DNA of 64,000 bases. Origin: Candidatus Poribacteria bacterium (GTDB lineage Bacteria; Poribacteria; WGA-4E; WGA-3G). The translations under genes and the position numbers were made by a program. Location: positions 928,001-992,000 of the forward strand of contig OZ251518.1 in the NCBI GenBank assembly GCA_965242965.1, in the 5' to 3' direction. The notes under the pieces are model-generated. The model was given only the letters and a program-made list of their open reading frames with translations. It made no database searches and had not been told where the DNA came from. Shown in pieces: positions 19,031-28,908 of this stretch. Numbering within the stretch: position 1 is the stretch's first letter; each line of letters begins with the position of its first letter.

Positions 19031-19431
19031 TTAGATAGGACAAGTTAAATTCCCGAGTTCCTCTGTCAAACGCAGGTTTTCGGCGTAATTGACAGGGCAA
19101 TCAATCACAGAGGGAACCGGCTGTTTGAAGGCATCCGTGGGGATTAGCACCAATTCATCGCTGCTTTGGACCCGGTATCCTTTCGCACCGAATGCTTGGG
19201 CGTATTTCACGAAATTCCGAGTGTAGCGCGGCAGACATCGGCTTTACCGGTGAGCCGGCCGTGGACATTTGCCATGAAGGCTGCACCGCGTTCATCGCGC
19301 GTCTGAATAAACTGGATTTTGGATTCTAATAGCGCGTCCATTAAATCCAGATTTTCTTCGCCCGGTATCCCGAAAATATAGTCAACGTTCTCATTTTCGA
19401 GACATTTGATAGCGAGTTCTGATGCTTTCAT
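19031..19431 (-). pseudogene. Acetolactate synthase large subunit, internally deleted
   Basis: N-terminus MKASEL..FGIPGEEN..RDE.GAAFMA..GRLTG joined out of frame to C-terminus FVKYAQAFGAKGYRV...IDCPVNYAENLRLTEELGNLTCPI*. Confidence 0.85.
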
Positions 19432-19451
19432 ACGAGGGCTCCGTTTATTTT

Positions 19452-19838
19452 TCAGGGATTTTTGCCGCCAATGATGATCAGGAAAACGCTATCTTCGTTG
19501 GCTTCCACAGCGTGAAGGACATCGGCGGTGAATACAACTGCCTCTCCCTGCTCAAGCGTGATGTTCTCAGTGCGTGATGAAAACACAATGCTTCCGTTCA
19601 GGGTAACGACAGTCGCCGAGCCGGGTGCCCGATGCTCGTGAAGAACAGTGCCGGCAGTCATCGCTGTAAGAACGACAGTCAAATCATCGCCGCGTGCAAG
19701 TGTAAGTGCTGCGCGTCCGGCCGAGGCCGCTGTGGCTTCTTCTAGGAGTTGTTCACCCATTGAATTAAGGGCAAACCCCTTCGTTATCGATGTGTCTAGA
19801 GCCACAGGCCTGTAGGGATGTTCAAATACTGTATGCAT
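19452..19838 (-). CDS. Cupin domain protein
   Basis: LHEHRAPG..V.TL.G, LEQGEAVVF...HAVEA. Confidence 0.85.
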   Translation of the reverse strand: MHTVFEHPYRPVALDTSITKGFALNSMGEQLLEEATAASAGRAALTLARGDDLTVVLTAMTAGTVLHEHRAPGSATVVTLNGSIVFSSRTENITLEQGEAVVFTADVLHAVEANEDSVFLIIIGGKNP

Positions 19839-20148
19839 TGAAATACCACCGTGAGTCTTGATTAACTAAAGTTTATCATACACGAGGAGAAATGGAATTG
19901 CCTTCTCAGCGTGCATCTGATATATAGTATATCATATCCACGTTAACATTGCAACTTTTTTCTTGATTTCTATCAAAACAATTGAGTTCTCGCATGAAAA
20001 TGCTTGGATTTGACAAAAGTCTCCAAATGTTGTATCCTATTATCATGAATCTGTTGGATAAGCACTCCACTTACACATTTTTATGTTGGTGTGATTTCCG
20101 AGCGCGTGCGTCGGTATCCAAACAGAAATATCCAAGAAGGAGCCATTC

Positions 20149-20574
20149 GTGGCAAATACGCAAAAAAGTAGAATATTTGGAAACATTGCGCGGCACCTAG
20201 AAAACAGTGGAGGCCCCATTCTGGCATTTGTCGCCTTACTTGCCTTTATTGTTTATCTTGTCTACGCGCATTTTTATCCGAATGCAGTCGTTGTGAAAAC
20301 ACTGCAGGTGCATGGCAGCGCGGCTCAAGTTGTCTCTGTTGCAGTTGTTTTGTTCGTTGCATTCACGATGTGGGGAGTTGAGAAAATGTTGTTCAAAATC
20401 GCAGAGCGTGAGCAGTTAAGAAACCGCAACGCCGAACAGGCATCGCGCATCGCCGAACTGGAAATCCAAGCTGCAAAAATCCCAATCCTGGAACGGCTTA
20501 ACGCCGAACAGGCGGCGCGCATTGCCGAACTGGAAAACGAGAAGAAGCAGCAGAACGAGGAAGAACGTCAATAA
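20149..20574 (+). CDS. Hypothetical membrane protein with coiled-coil tail
   Basis: Two hydrophobic segments then repeated NAEQA.RIAELE. Confidence 0.6.
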   Translation: MANTQKSRIFGNIARHLENSGGPILAFVALLAFIVYLVYAHFYPNAVVVKTLQVHGSAAQVVSVAVVLFVAFTMWGVEKMLFKIAEREQLRNRNAEQASRIAELEIQAAKIPILERLNAEQAARIAELENEKKQQNEEERQ

Positions 20575-20622
20575 CCCGATGGAAACCTATCGGGACGTTT
20601 GGCGAACTACCTCCGTTGCCTC

Positions 20623-20672
20623 ACAACAGCCCCGCCGCGCGCGGGGCTGTCGCGCGCGGGGCTGTCGTTTTT
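20623..20672 (+). terminator. Probable intrinsic terminator with duplicated 3' arm
   Basis: ACAGCCCCGC..GCGGGGCTGT, second CGCGCGCGGGGCTGT copy, then TTTTT. Confidence 0.5.
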
Positions 20673-20687
20673 CTGAAAAAAAGAACG

Positions 20688-20716
20688 TTGACTTTTCAGT
20701 TGAAATGTGGTAGACT
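20688..20716 (+). promoter_or_regulatory. sigma70-type promoter
   Basis: TTGACT-17bp-TAGACT with TG extension; MITE begins ~10 bp downstream. Confidence 0.6.
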
Positions 20717-20725
20717 ATGTTATAT

Positions 20726-21175
20726 CAGGGTGTTTCATAACTCCGTTTCGGTATTTATCCCGCCTTGGAAGGAGGGAGAATACCTGAAGGCATCGGGCCC
20801 ACCTCTGTAGTTTGTGATCGCCTGATCACAAACAGGTCAGGATCCGGCGATCCTAACCTACAGGGGTGATGAGGTTTGATAGCCAAACGCCTGGCGAGGG
20901 ACAGGCCCTCGCGCTACGGGGTAGAAGATTTTCCGTGCCACCGTAGGGCGGGGGCCTGTCCCCCGCCATGCTGCGGTCTACCAAAAACCTCTTTTAGGTC
21001 CGTAGGACCTACATGTCTATAGAAAAACGTGCCGCACCCTATCAAGGTCCGTAGGACCTTAATAAGGGTTATAGTGTTGCATCGAGACCGGGAGGGCTCT
21101 CCTACGGGCTGATCGCGGGGGACAGGCCCCCGCGCGACGGTAACCGGACGGTTTCTTGAGTTATGAAACACCCTC
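20726..21175. mobile_element. MITE-like element filled with REP modules
   Basis: cAGGGTGTTTCATAA...TTATGAAACACCCTC; flanks ATGTTATAT/ATATTAAAT (7/9). Confidence 0.72.
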
Positions 21176-21202
21176 ATATTAAATCATCCGAATGCAGTCA
21201 TT

Positions 21203-21499
21203 GTGAAAACATTGCGTGCAGCCCAAGTTGTCTCTGTTGCAGTTGTTTTACTCGTTGCATTCACTATATGTAGAGGTAAAAAAATGTTATTCAAAAACGC
21301 AGAGCGTGAGGAGTTACTAAAACGCAACGCCGAACAGGCAGCGCGCATTGCCGAATTGGAAGTCCAGGAGGTAAAACTCCAAATCCGAATCTTGGAACGG
21401 CGCATTGCTTACTTAGAAGCGCGGGATGTCGAAAAGACAGCGCGCATCGCCGAACTGGAAAACCAGAAGGCACAGCAGAACGACGAAGAACGTCGATAA
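21203..21499 (+). CDS. Shorter paralog of 20149-20574 gene (possibly truncated)
   Basis: AAQVVSVAVVL.VAFT, RNAEQAARIAELE, QQN.EER shared; DNA similarity starts at ~21186. Confidence 0.55.
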   Translation: MKTLRAAQVVSVAVVLLVAFTICRGKKMLFKNAEREELLKRNAEQAARIAELEVQEVKLQIRILERRIAYLEARDVEKTARIAELENQKAQQNDEERR

Positions 21500-21514
21500 G
21501 CCAGAGGTAACAAC

Positions 21515-24500
21515 GTGAGCAACCAACCTGAAAATGTTATCACCGCCGAATTAGTCCGCATCCTAAATCGGATGAGCCCTAGATGGAAATTGGAACAACA
21601 CCAACGTCCCTTCCGCGGCAGCCAGAAGAACCCCGATATTTTTATCACCCGACCGGGGTATGAACCTGTCGCCATTGAGGCGAAATACGTCGATTCTGCC
21701 GATGACGTGGTGGCGCAAGCACAAAAACATGTCGGCCGTGAATTGGAAACAGAATATGCCACGCGGACCGGAACGCTACACACCGTCATGGCGATTCGGT
21801 ACCCGGCGTGGTTCAAGGATGTTGCAGGCAGGGAGATTGAGGAGAAACTCTGCCGTGCCGCTGATCTTCAATATCTGCTCAAGGGCAAAAGCGGCGGCGA
21901 GGCTTACCAATTTCCGCGCAACGGCTGGGCAACCGGCACCGTTGCAGACATCGCAAACGCCGTGCATGTCGGGACAGTGCCGAGCGAGAGGATTGACGAT
22001 GCCGCTGAGCAACTGGAGCGCGCCGTGAACATCGCCGCCCAACAACTAGACGAAACCGTCACCGCGCGGCCCGCTATTGGGGATAGCCTTGAACACATTT
22101 TGCATCAAGAACGAGGCACGCAGACTTCGCGAATGGCATGTCTTATCATCACCGACGCGTTTGTCTTCCAATCGTCACTCGCCGGCAAAGATTTGCAGGA
22201 ACTCGCCGGTGATAACACACAGGCATTGAAGACGGGGTTAACAGACGTAAATCGAAGAGGGGGGGGGTAAACTCGCCGGTGACAACACACAGGCATTGAA
22301 GGCACTCGAAAATCGGAAGCCGGTCTGCTCTCTCGGACAGCATCTCCGCAAAATGGATTTTGCAGACGTGCTGACAGACTGGGAAACCCTCCTGAAAGTC
22401 AATTACCAACCCATCTTCGCCGATGCGGTGCAAATGGTAACGGCAATCGCTACCGATGACAGGTTGATAAATGAACTACTCAGCATTTTGTGCAAGGCGG
22501 CAAATGACCTGGTGAAGACGCGCCTCGCGCAAATCCACGAATTAGCAGGCGAAGTATTCCAAAAACTCATCGTTGACAGGAAATATGTCAAGGCAAACTA
22601 CACGCTACCTACTTCGGCTGCACTGCTGTCAACGTTAGTTTGTCCTGAACTGCCTGAAGGCCGCCTGCCGAAAGTTGCCGACTTCGCTTGCGGGACAGGT
22701 TCGCTGCTCAACGGGGTTTACAAACGGGTGCAACGGCTTTATGAACAGCAGGGAGACAAGGACAGCGCGGACATCCATAAGGAGATGTTGGAGGACAATC
22801 TTGCCGGGAGTGACATCATGCCGAATGCAACGCACCTAACGTTCGCAAGTCTTGCGAGCGCGCAGCCGGAGATACCCCTCGGCGCGACTCGCATCGTCAC
22901 TGCTCCTTATGGGAAGCAACCTGATAAAACCTTTGCAGTAGGCGCGCTGGAACTCCTTGATGAAGAACTGCTGCTGCCAACGATAGACACTGAGGCAGTC
23001 CAACTCGGCGGCGAGGAAAGTGCCGCTGTTGAGATAAAACGGCTGTTCCGCAACGGCGAGATGGACATCGTTATCCAAAATCCGCCGTTCAGAAAGCATA
23101 GTGCCGATGCAAATACAGGCATTCCCAAGGTCGCGTTTCAAGGAACGCAAACCCCGGAAGAAGAGAAGAAAGAGCTCCAGCGGGCCCTCAAACGGAAGGA
23201 GACGCGGGTGGCTCACGGCACAGCCGGTCATCATTCCCACTTCGTTGAGCTCGCTGACAGGAAACTCAAGGCAGGTGGCACGATGGGTGTGATTCTGCCG
23301 GCGACAATTCTCGCCTCTGCCTCCATGCAAAAAGTGCGCGATATGTGGGCGGCAGAATACCACAACGTTTATGTCATCACCATCGCCGGTGCGAAGGGAA
23401 AGGACAACGCATTTTCGTCGGATACCGACATGGCAGAATGCATCGTCGTCGCCACAAAGGGAATTAGCGACAACACAGGCACTGCAACGTTTGTCTCGTT
23501 AACCAAACGTCCGAATAGCCTGCTAGAAGCCACAGAGGTTGCGAATCGCATTCTCCGCAGCGATGGTGATGAAGAGACGCTTATCATCGGTGAGGATGTC
23601 GCAGGCAAGCGTGTAGAATGCCCTGTGATTGTTGGACAGACTTGGGGTGCCTCACGCGTCAAGTCCGTTTCTGTGCTACAGACTGCCTACAAACTTGCAA
23701 ATTCGGTGTTGTCGCTTCCACGCCTCACGACATCGCTGTCCCTTCCGATGGCGCGGGTTGAAGACATCGCTGTTGTTGGATTCACTGAACCTACTATTAA
23801 AGGGAAGAACGGTGCATTCACGGTGGTGAAAGGCTATGAGAAGACGAGCGATGGTTACCCCGCGCTTTGGCACGCGAAGTGCGAACAGCAGCGCGCAATG
23901 GTTGTTTTTCCGGACTCGCATGCCAAAATTCGATCTGGCAAGGAAGTGCAGGCGCAGCGCATCTTGGAACGCATCAGCCGAGTGCACTACTACCTGTCAC
24001 CGACGTTCAGCGCAACCTCGGCTATCGCCATGTTTACCGAAGAACCGAGCATCGGCACCTGTATTATTACAAACGTCGCTTTTCAAGAAACGCGTCATGA
24101 AATCGCGTGGACGCTGTGGTGCAATTCAACGCTGGGGGTAGTCTGCCACTGGCTGCAGTGTGGAAAGCAACAACCGGGACGAGGCAGGCTGACGCACACA
24201 ACGCTCAAAACTATGCCGACGTTGGATGTCCGTCAACTCTCTGATGATGCGTTATCAAACGCCGCGGCAATTTTCGAGCGGTTAAAATACGAACGGATGC
24301 TGCCGCTGAATGAATGCGCCGCAGACGAAATTCGGCACGAATTAGATGCAGAATTGCTGACAAACGTGTTGGGTATTCGGGATATCGATGTGCTTGCCTC
24401 AATGCAGACGTTGCGGGAGTTGCTTTGCGCAGAACCAAGCATTCAGGGTGGAAAGCAGTCGACGTGCGATCTGGATGCGGAATTGGAGAAGTTGTCTGCG

Positions 24501-24572
24501 CAGGGTGTCGTGCTGCCGGGGATGTCGGCGGCAGCGACGGTGCGGGAGCAAGCGGTTTTGGATTTCGCGTAG
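21515..24572 (+). CDS. Type IIG/IIL-like fused restriction endonuclease-N6 methyltransferase-TRD, frameshifted at G9 tract
   Basis: ORF1 21515-22270 has PD..EAK nuclease motif (NPDIFI..AIEAK); ORF2 has DFACGTGSLL and IQNPPF; G8 or G11 at 22259-22267 joins the two frames. Confidence 0.85.
22200..22301 (+). repeat. 32-bp direct repeat flanking a G9 tract
   Basis: AACTCGCCGGTGAYAACACACAGGCATTGAAG at 22200-22231 and 22270-22301. Confidence 0.95.
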
Positions 24573-24589
24573 GGTTGTCATTCGCATGG

Positions 24590-24867
24590 GTTGAGGGCGT
24601 TTTTTCACCGTAGGGCGAGGGCCTGTCCCTCGCCATGCGTTTGGATGGCAAACCGCCTCACCTCTGTAGGTCAGGATCGCCTGATCCTGACCCGTTCGGG
24701 AGCGGGCGCTCCCGAACTACAAAGATGGGCCTGGTGCCTTCCGGTAGGAGGGACATCCTTGTCCCGATACGGTGGGCATCGAGACCGGGAGGTCTCTCCT
24801 ACCGGGAAGACATTGATTTATGAAACCCCCTCGGATAACTACCGAAACGGAGTTATGAAACACCCTC
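24590..24867. repeat. REP cluster ending in two nested MITE termini
   Basis: TTATGAAACCCCCTC (24818-24832) and TTATGAAACACCCTC (24853-24867). Confidence 0.85.
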
Positions 24868-24962
24868 AATTAAGTTTGCGATTAAGGACTTACGCACCTA
24901 AAGACGATTATCCTCTTATGCAAGCGGCGGCAAAAAACTGCTTATTTTCATTCGGCATCGCA

Positions 24963-27900
24963 ATGAAACAATCTCACGTAACGCTTCTCGCAATTCTCTT
25001 TTTTATTGTTACACAAAACGGATGGACAGAACTTACCGTTCATACACCAAGTCCTTCTGACATCACGGGGCATTATGCACCGGCAGAACTGCTCGTGCGG
25101 GTGCGCGCGGAGACTGACATGGGGAAACTCTATGGAACCGGTGTTGCCTCTGTTACCCCGGTCTTCTCACCGGATACGCGTGCAGGAAAGCATCCGCTTC
25201 TTCGGCGGAGTTATCTGGTTCGGTTTCACCCGGTAGACGCGCCTACGCTGTCTCGATTGGAACAACTGCGCGAACGATATGAAAACTATCCGTGGGTTGA
25301 AGCGGTTCAGTTTAACAGACTCAACAGATTTTGTGCGGTTTCGGATGAGGAGGTTGTGCCCACCGAGCCCCGTTATGAAGAGCAGTGGAATCTGCGCGCG
25401 CTCAATCTACCAAAGGCGTGGGCAGTTGAGCAAGGAACGCCTGAAGTCATCGTCGCTGTTGTGGATAGCGGGATAGACAGCCAGCATCCGGAACTCCGTT
25501 CGCAACTCTGGCAGAACCCCAACGAAATTGCCGGTAACGGCGTTGACGATGACAGGAATGGTTACGTTGACGACATCAACGGCTGGGATTTCAGCGATGC
25601 GCCGACGATGCCAGGGCGCGGGGATTGGACTGAACGTGACAACTCCCCCGATGACGAAAGTGGACACGGCACGCATGTCGCCGGTATCATCGCCGCGGAA
25701 CCGAACAACGGTATCGGCATTGCCGGCATCGCGTGGGGCTGCCGCTTGATGCCCCTGAGAGCCGGTTTTATTTCCGGTGGGGGTGCGTTTTTACAGAGTG
25801 ACGATGTCGCCGCCGCGATTGTCTACGCCGCCGACAACGGCGCGCACGTCATTAACCTCAGCTTGGGGGATACGGTGAACGTTTTCGTCGTCCAAGATGC
25901 TGTCGCATACGCCTATCAACGTGGTTGTGTGTTGGTAGCCGCCGCCGGCAACGATGCAACCGCCGGTTCCTATTACCCCGCCGCGCTTGATACAGTCGTC
26001 TCTGTTGCCGCGATGGGAGAAAATGGCCGGCTATCGGGTATCTCCAATTTCGGAGCGACGATTGATATTGCGGCACCCGGTGATAACATTCTCAGCACCG
26101 ATTTAGATGGACAATTTCAGGTGAAATTCGGTACCTCGATGGCGGCGGCGCATATTTCGGGGGTGGTGGCGTTGATGCTCTCTGCCAATCCTGCCTGCAG
26201 CAACGCCGAAATTCGGCAGACGCTCACGGCGAGTTCGTTAGTCCCGGAAAATGTCCTCGTCGGTGCCGGCGTGCCGGATACGCACCTCGCGCTTACCGCT
26301 TCAACGGGACTTGTGGCGCAACTCGCTGTCACCTATCGGATGCCTGTTATCGCAATTTACGGTAGCGCGGGCGGTGCTAACTTCGCTGAGTATCAGTTAG
26401 ATTTCGGACGCGGTGAAACGCCGGATGCCTGGGGTCCCGTGCTTCCACCGCGAACCGAACCGAAGTTTAACGCACTCCTGCACGAATGGGATGTCTCAGG
26501 CTTAGCAGATGATACCTACACGCTGCGTTTGCGCGTTATACCAGACAAGAGAGGCTATGTGAGTCAAAATCCGAAGTTGAAACAGCGCGTCACTGCTGAA
26601 CAGCGGAGGCCCGTTACTGAAAAAATTGTCGTTGAGATAAGCAACAAGGCACCGACTTTTTCCAAACATGATGCAAGCGCGTGGTTTGCAGGCGACAAGG
26701 TTGAACCTGTCATCACGTGGCAAACGGAGGCGTTGACTATCGGAGAGGTGGAAATCTTCTCACTAGGCGCGAGGGCTCCGTTGCGCATCGCTCGCACCGA
26801 TTCTGTCAACCATCGGCATCTTGTCTATCTCTCCGAACTGGGTTTGCCGTCTTCGGCGTTCGCCTATCGTCTCATCGCAAAAAACCGTTCTGACGTGCAA
26901 ACCGTTGACGACAACGCGGGAAATTTATATCGGATTGAGAGCATCGATGCGCGCATTCCGACTTCGCGCCTCACACAAATCGCATCGGCGGAACGCAGTT
27001 TGCACGCAATCTTCGCCGCCGCGGATATGAACGGCAATGGCAAGCAAGAACTCATCGCCGTGGAGACAGAGGCAAGCGGCTGGTTCTCACCGCATCTCTT
27101 TGAAACCGATGCCGACGGCACCTACCGGCAAGTCTTTACGTTATCAGAACCGATGCGTCCATGGGACGCTGCGGACACCGATGGCGATGGACTTATTGAC
27201 ATATTAGGGCACGCTTTGTCGGGGACATTCCTGCTGGAACAACCCGCACCCGGCGAATTTCCATCGGTGCGCACCTGGGAAGCACCGGCGTTATGGGGCG
27301 GAACCATTGCAGACTTGGACAGGGACGGCACTCCCGAAATCTTCTCTCGCGATGCCGCTGCATCTGCCATTGCCGTTTATGAGGCAATCGGAAATAACAG
27401 CTATCGCAACATCGCAATGCTTGAAAATCCGACGGATGGCGATAATAGCATGAGCACCAGTTTTGCAACCGGCGATTTTGACGGTGATGGACGCATGGAG
27501 ATTTTGGCTGGCGATGCAGATGGCGCGCTGTTCATTTACGAGGCAATCGGGGATAACCGATATGAGTCGGTGTGGCAAAGCACGCTCCCGGAGGGCCGCC
27601 CACAACTCTTCGCTGCAGGCGAACTCAATGGCGATGGCAGTGCAGAATTCGCTGTCGGCGCGAAAATGTGGACAGAAGATTCTGACCCGGGGCGTTACCA
27701 CTGGCTCATCACAATCTTCTCCGAAACGGGCGACAATGCCTACCGCGCGGTATGGCATCAACGGATTCGCAACGCACGCGATGGAGGAAACGGGTTAACC
27801 ATCGCCGATGCTGACAACGATGGCAGAAATGAATTGTGCATCGCTGTGTCGCCAAATTTCTATCTCGTTCAATATGATGGTTCTGATTACGTCCCAGTCT

Positions 27901-28616
27901 GGCATCATCCGGCGAATAGCACCGCCAACCCTATTGTCGCCGATGTTGACAGCAATGGCGCGAATGAATTGCTGTTTAACAGTGATGGTAGGTTGTCTGT
28001 TTTTGCGCAGGACTCGGAAGCGGAAAAGGCTGTTGAAATCGCGCAAGGAACGTTGTCTGCACCGCCGCGGTTAACTTCCGCCACCTATTCCCCACCGAAT
28101 CAACTGCTGCTGGATTTTGACAAACCGATGGGCACCTCTGCAACGCAGGTTGGCAGATACCAACTTCTGCATCTGGATGCTGCAGCTGCTGACGCACCGC
28201 AATCTGCAATCCTCGACAGGACGCAGCAGCGAGTTGTGCTGACGTTCCCTCCCGCCACTTTTCAATCAGGGAGCCGTTATCAACTTGAAACCTTTCAGAT
28301 TACCGACATCCACGGCACCCCCATCGCCGAGGATGCGAGGACGCTCACCGTGGTTTTCGCCGTTCCGACGCTAGCAGACGCGATTGTCTACCCTAATCCT
28401 AGCCGGTGCAACCAGGTTACGTTTGCGAATCTGCCTGCAGCCACGCGCATCAGCATCTACGATGTCATCGGTAACCGCGTCGCCTTCCTCACCACGACGG
28501 CATTTGACGCGGGCAAAAAGAGCTGGTATGTTGCGGGTATCAGCAGCGGCGTTTATATCTATCTACTTGAGACAGATACAGAACAGCGTATCGGCAAAGT
28601 CTCCATCGTCCGTTAG
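24963..28616 (+). CDS. Secreted S8 subtilisin-like peptidase with FG-GAP/VCBS repeats, Ig-like domain and T9SS-CTD-like tail
   Basis: Signal peptide; triad VVDSG/HGTHVAG/GTSMAA; repeated D.DGDG..E motifs; YPNP...SIYD..G...SGVYIY tail; start trimmed to ATG 24963. Confidence 0.9.
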   Translation: MKQSHVTLLAILFFIVTQNGWTELTVHTPSPSDITGHYAPAELLVRVRAETDMGKLYGTGVASVTPVFSPDTRAGKHPLLRRSYLVRFHPVDAPTLSRLEQLRERYENYPWVEAVQFNRLNRFCAVSDEEVVPTEPRYEEQWNLRALNLPKAWAVEQGTPEVIVAVVDSGIDSQHPELRSQLWQNPNEIAGNGVDDDRNGYVDDINGWDFSDAPTMPGRGDWTERDNSPDDESGHGTHVAGIIAAEPNNGIGIAGIAWGCRLMPLRAGFISGGGAFLQSDDVAAAIVYAADNGAHVINLSLGDTVNVFVVQDAVAYAYQRGCVLVAAAGNDATAGSYYPAALDTVVSVAAMGENGRLSGISNFGATIDIAAPGDNILSTDLDGQFQVKFGTSMAAAHISGVVALMLSANPACSNAEIRQTLTASSLVPENVLVGAGVPDTHLALTASTGLVAQLAVTYRMPVIAIYGSAGGANFAEYQLDFGRGETPDAWGPVLPPRTEPKFNALLHEWDVSGLADDTYTLRLRVIPDKRGYVSQNPKLKQRVTAEQRRPVTEKIVVEISNKAPTFSKHDASAWFAGDKVEPVITWQTEALTIGEVEIFSLGARAPLRIARTDSVNHRHLVYLSELGLPSSAFAYRLIAKNRSDVQTVDDNAGNLYRIESIDARIPTSRLTQIASAERSLHAIFAAADMNGNGKQELIAVETEASGWFSPHLFETDADGTYRQVFTLSEPMRPWDAADTDGDGLIDILGHALSGTFLLEQPAPGEFPSVRTWEAPALWGGTIADLDRDGTPEIFSRDAAASAIAVYEAIGNNSYRNIAMLENPTDGDNSMSTSFATGDFDGDGRMEILAGDADGALFIYEAIGDNRYESVWQSTLPEGRPQLFAAGELNGDGSAEFAVGAKMWTEDSDPGRYHWLITIFSETGDNAYRAVWHQRIRNARDGGNGLTIADADNDGRNELCIAVSPNFYLVQYDGSDYVPVWHHPANSTANPIVADVDSNGANELLFNSDGRLSVFAQDSEAEKAVEIAQGTLSAPPRLTSATYSPPNQLLLDFDKPMGTSATQVGRYQLLHLDAAAADAPQSAILDRTQQRVVLTFPPATFQSGSRYQLETFQITDIHGTPIAEDARTLTVVFAVPTLADAIVYPNPSRCNQVTFANLPAATRISIYDVIGNRVAFLTTTAFDAGKKSWYVAGISSGVYIYLLETDTEQRIGKVSIVR

Positions 28617-28624
28617 TTTTTTTT

Positions 28625-28880
28625 GATAGGTAGGCGCGTCTCCTTAGGGAGCGGGTGCTCCCGAACTACAGTCACTATCGGGACAAGGACGCCCCTCCTA
28701 CCTGTCTCGATTTCTCTTCGGTAGGCGAGACCTCCTGGTCTCGATGCAACACCGTATCGGGACAAGGATGTCCCTCCTACCTGTCTCGATTTTTCTTCAG
28801 TAGGAGAGACCTCCTGGTCTCGATGCATTTTGTTGATGTGGTGTATCGGGACAAGGATGTCCCTCCTACCTGTCTTGATG
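28625..28880. repeat. REP cluster (second and fourth hairpin families)
   Basis: 3x TATCGGGACAAGGAYGYCCCTCCTACC alternating with GTAGGMGAGACCTCCTGGTCTCGAT. Confidence 0.88.
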
Positions 28881-28908
28881 CCTTCTAAAAAAACATCCCT
28901 CACGCTGC

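Noticed and set aside
20276-21499. Diversity-generating retroelement TR/VR pair (also considered for 60837-61140)
   Set aside because: Differences include indels and many non-adenine substitutions; no reverse transcriptase in the window
24591-24962. N-terminal extension of the 1341-aa ORF (similarly 5840-7276, 13849-14598, 16148-17608, 44093-45688)
   Set aside because: Extensions run through repeats, promoters or overlapping genes; better starts with signal peptide, RBS or domain boundary lie downstream
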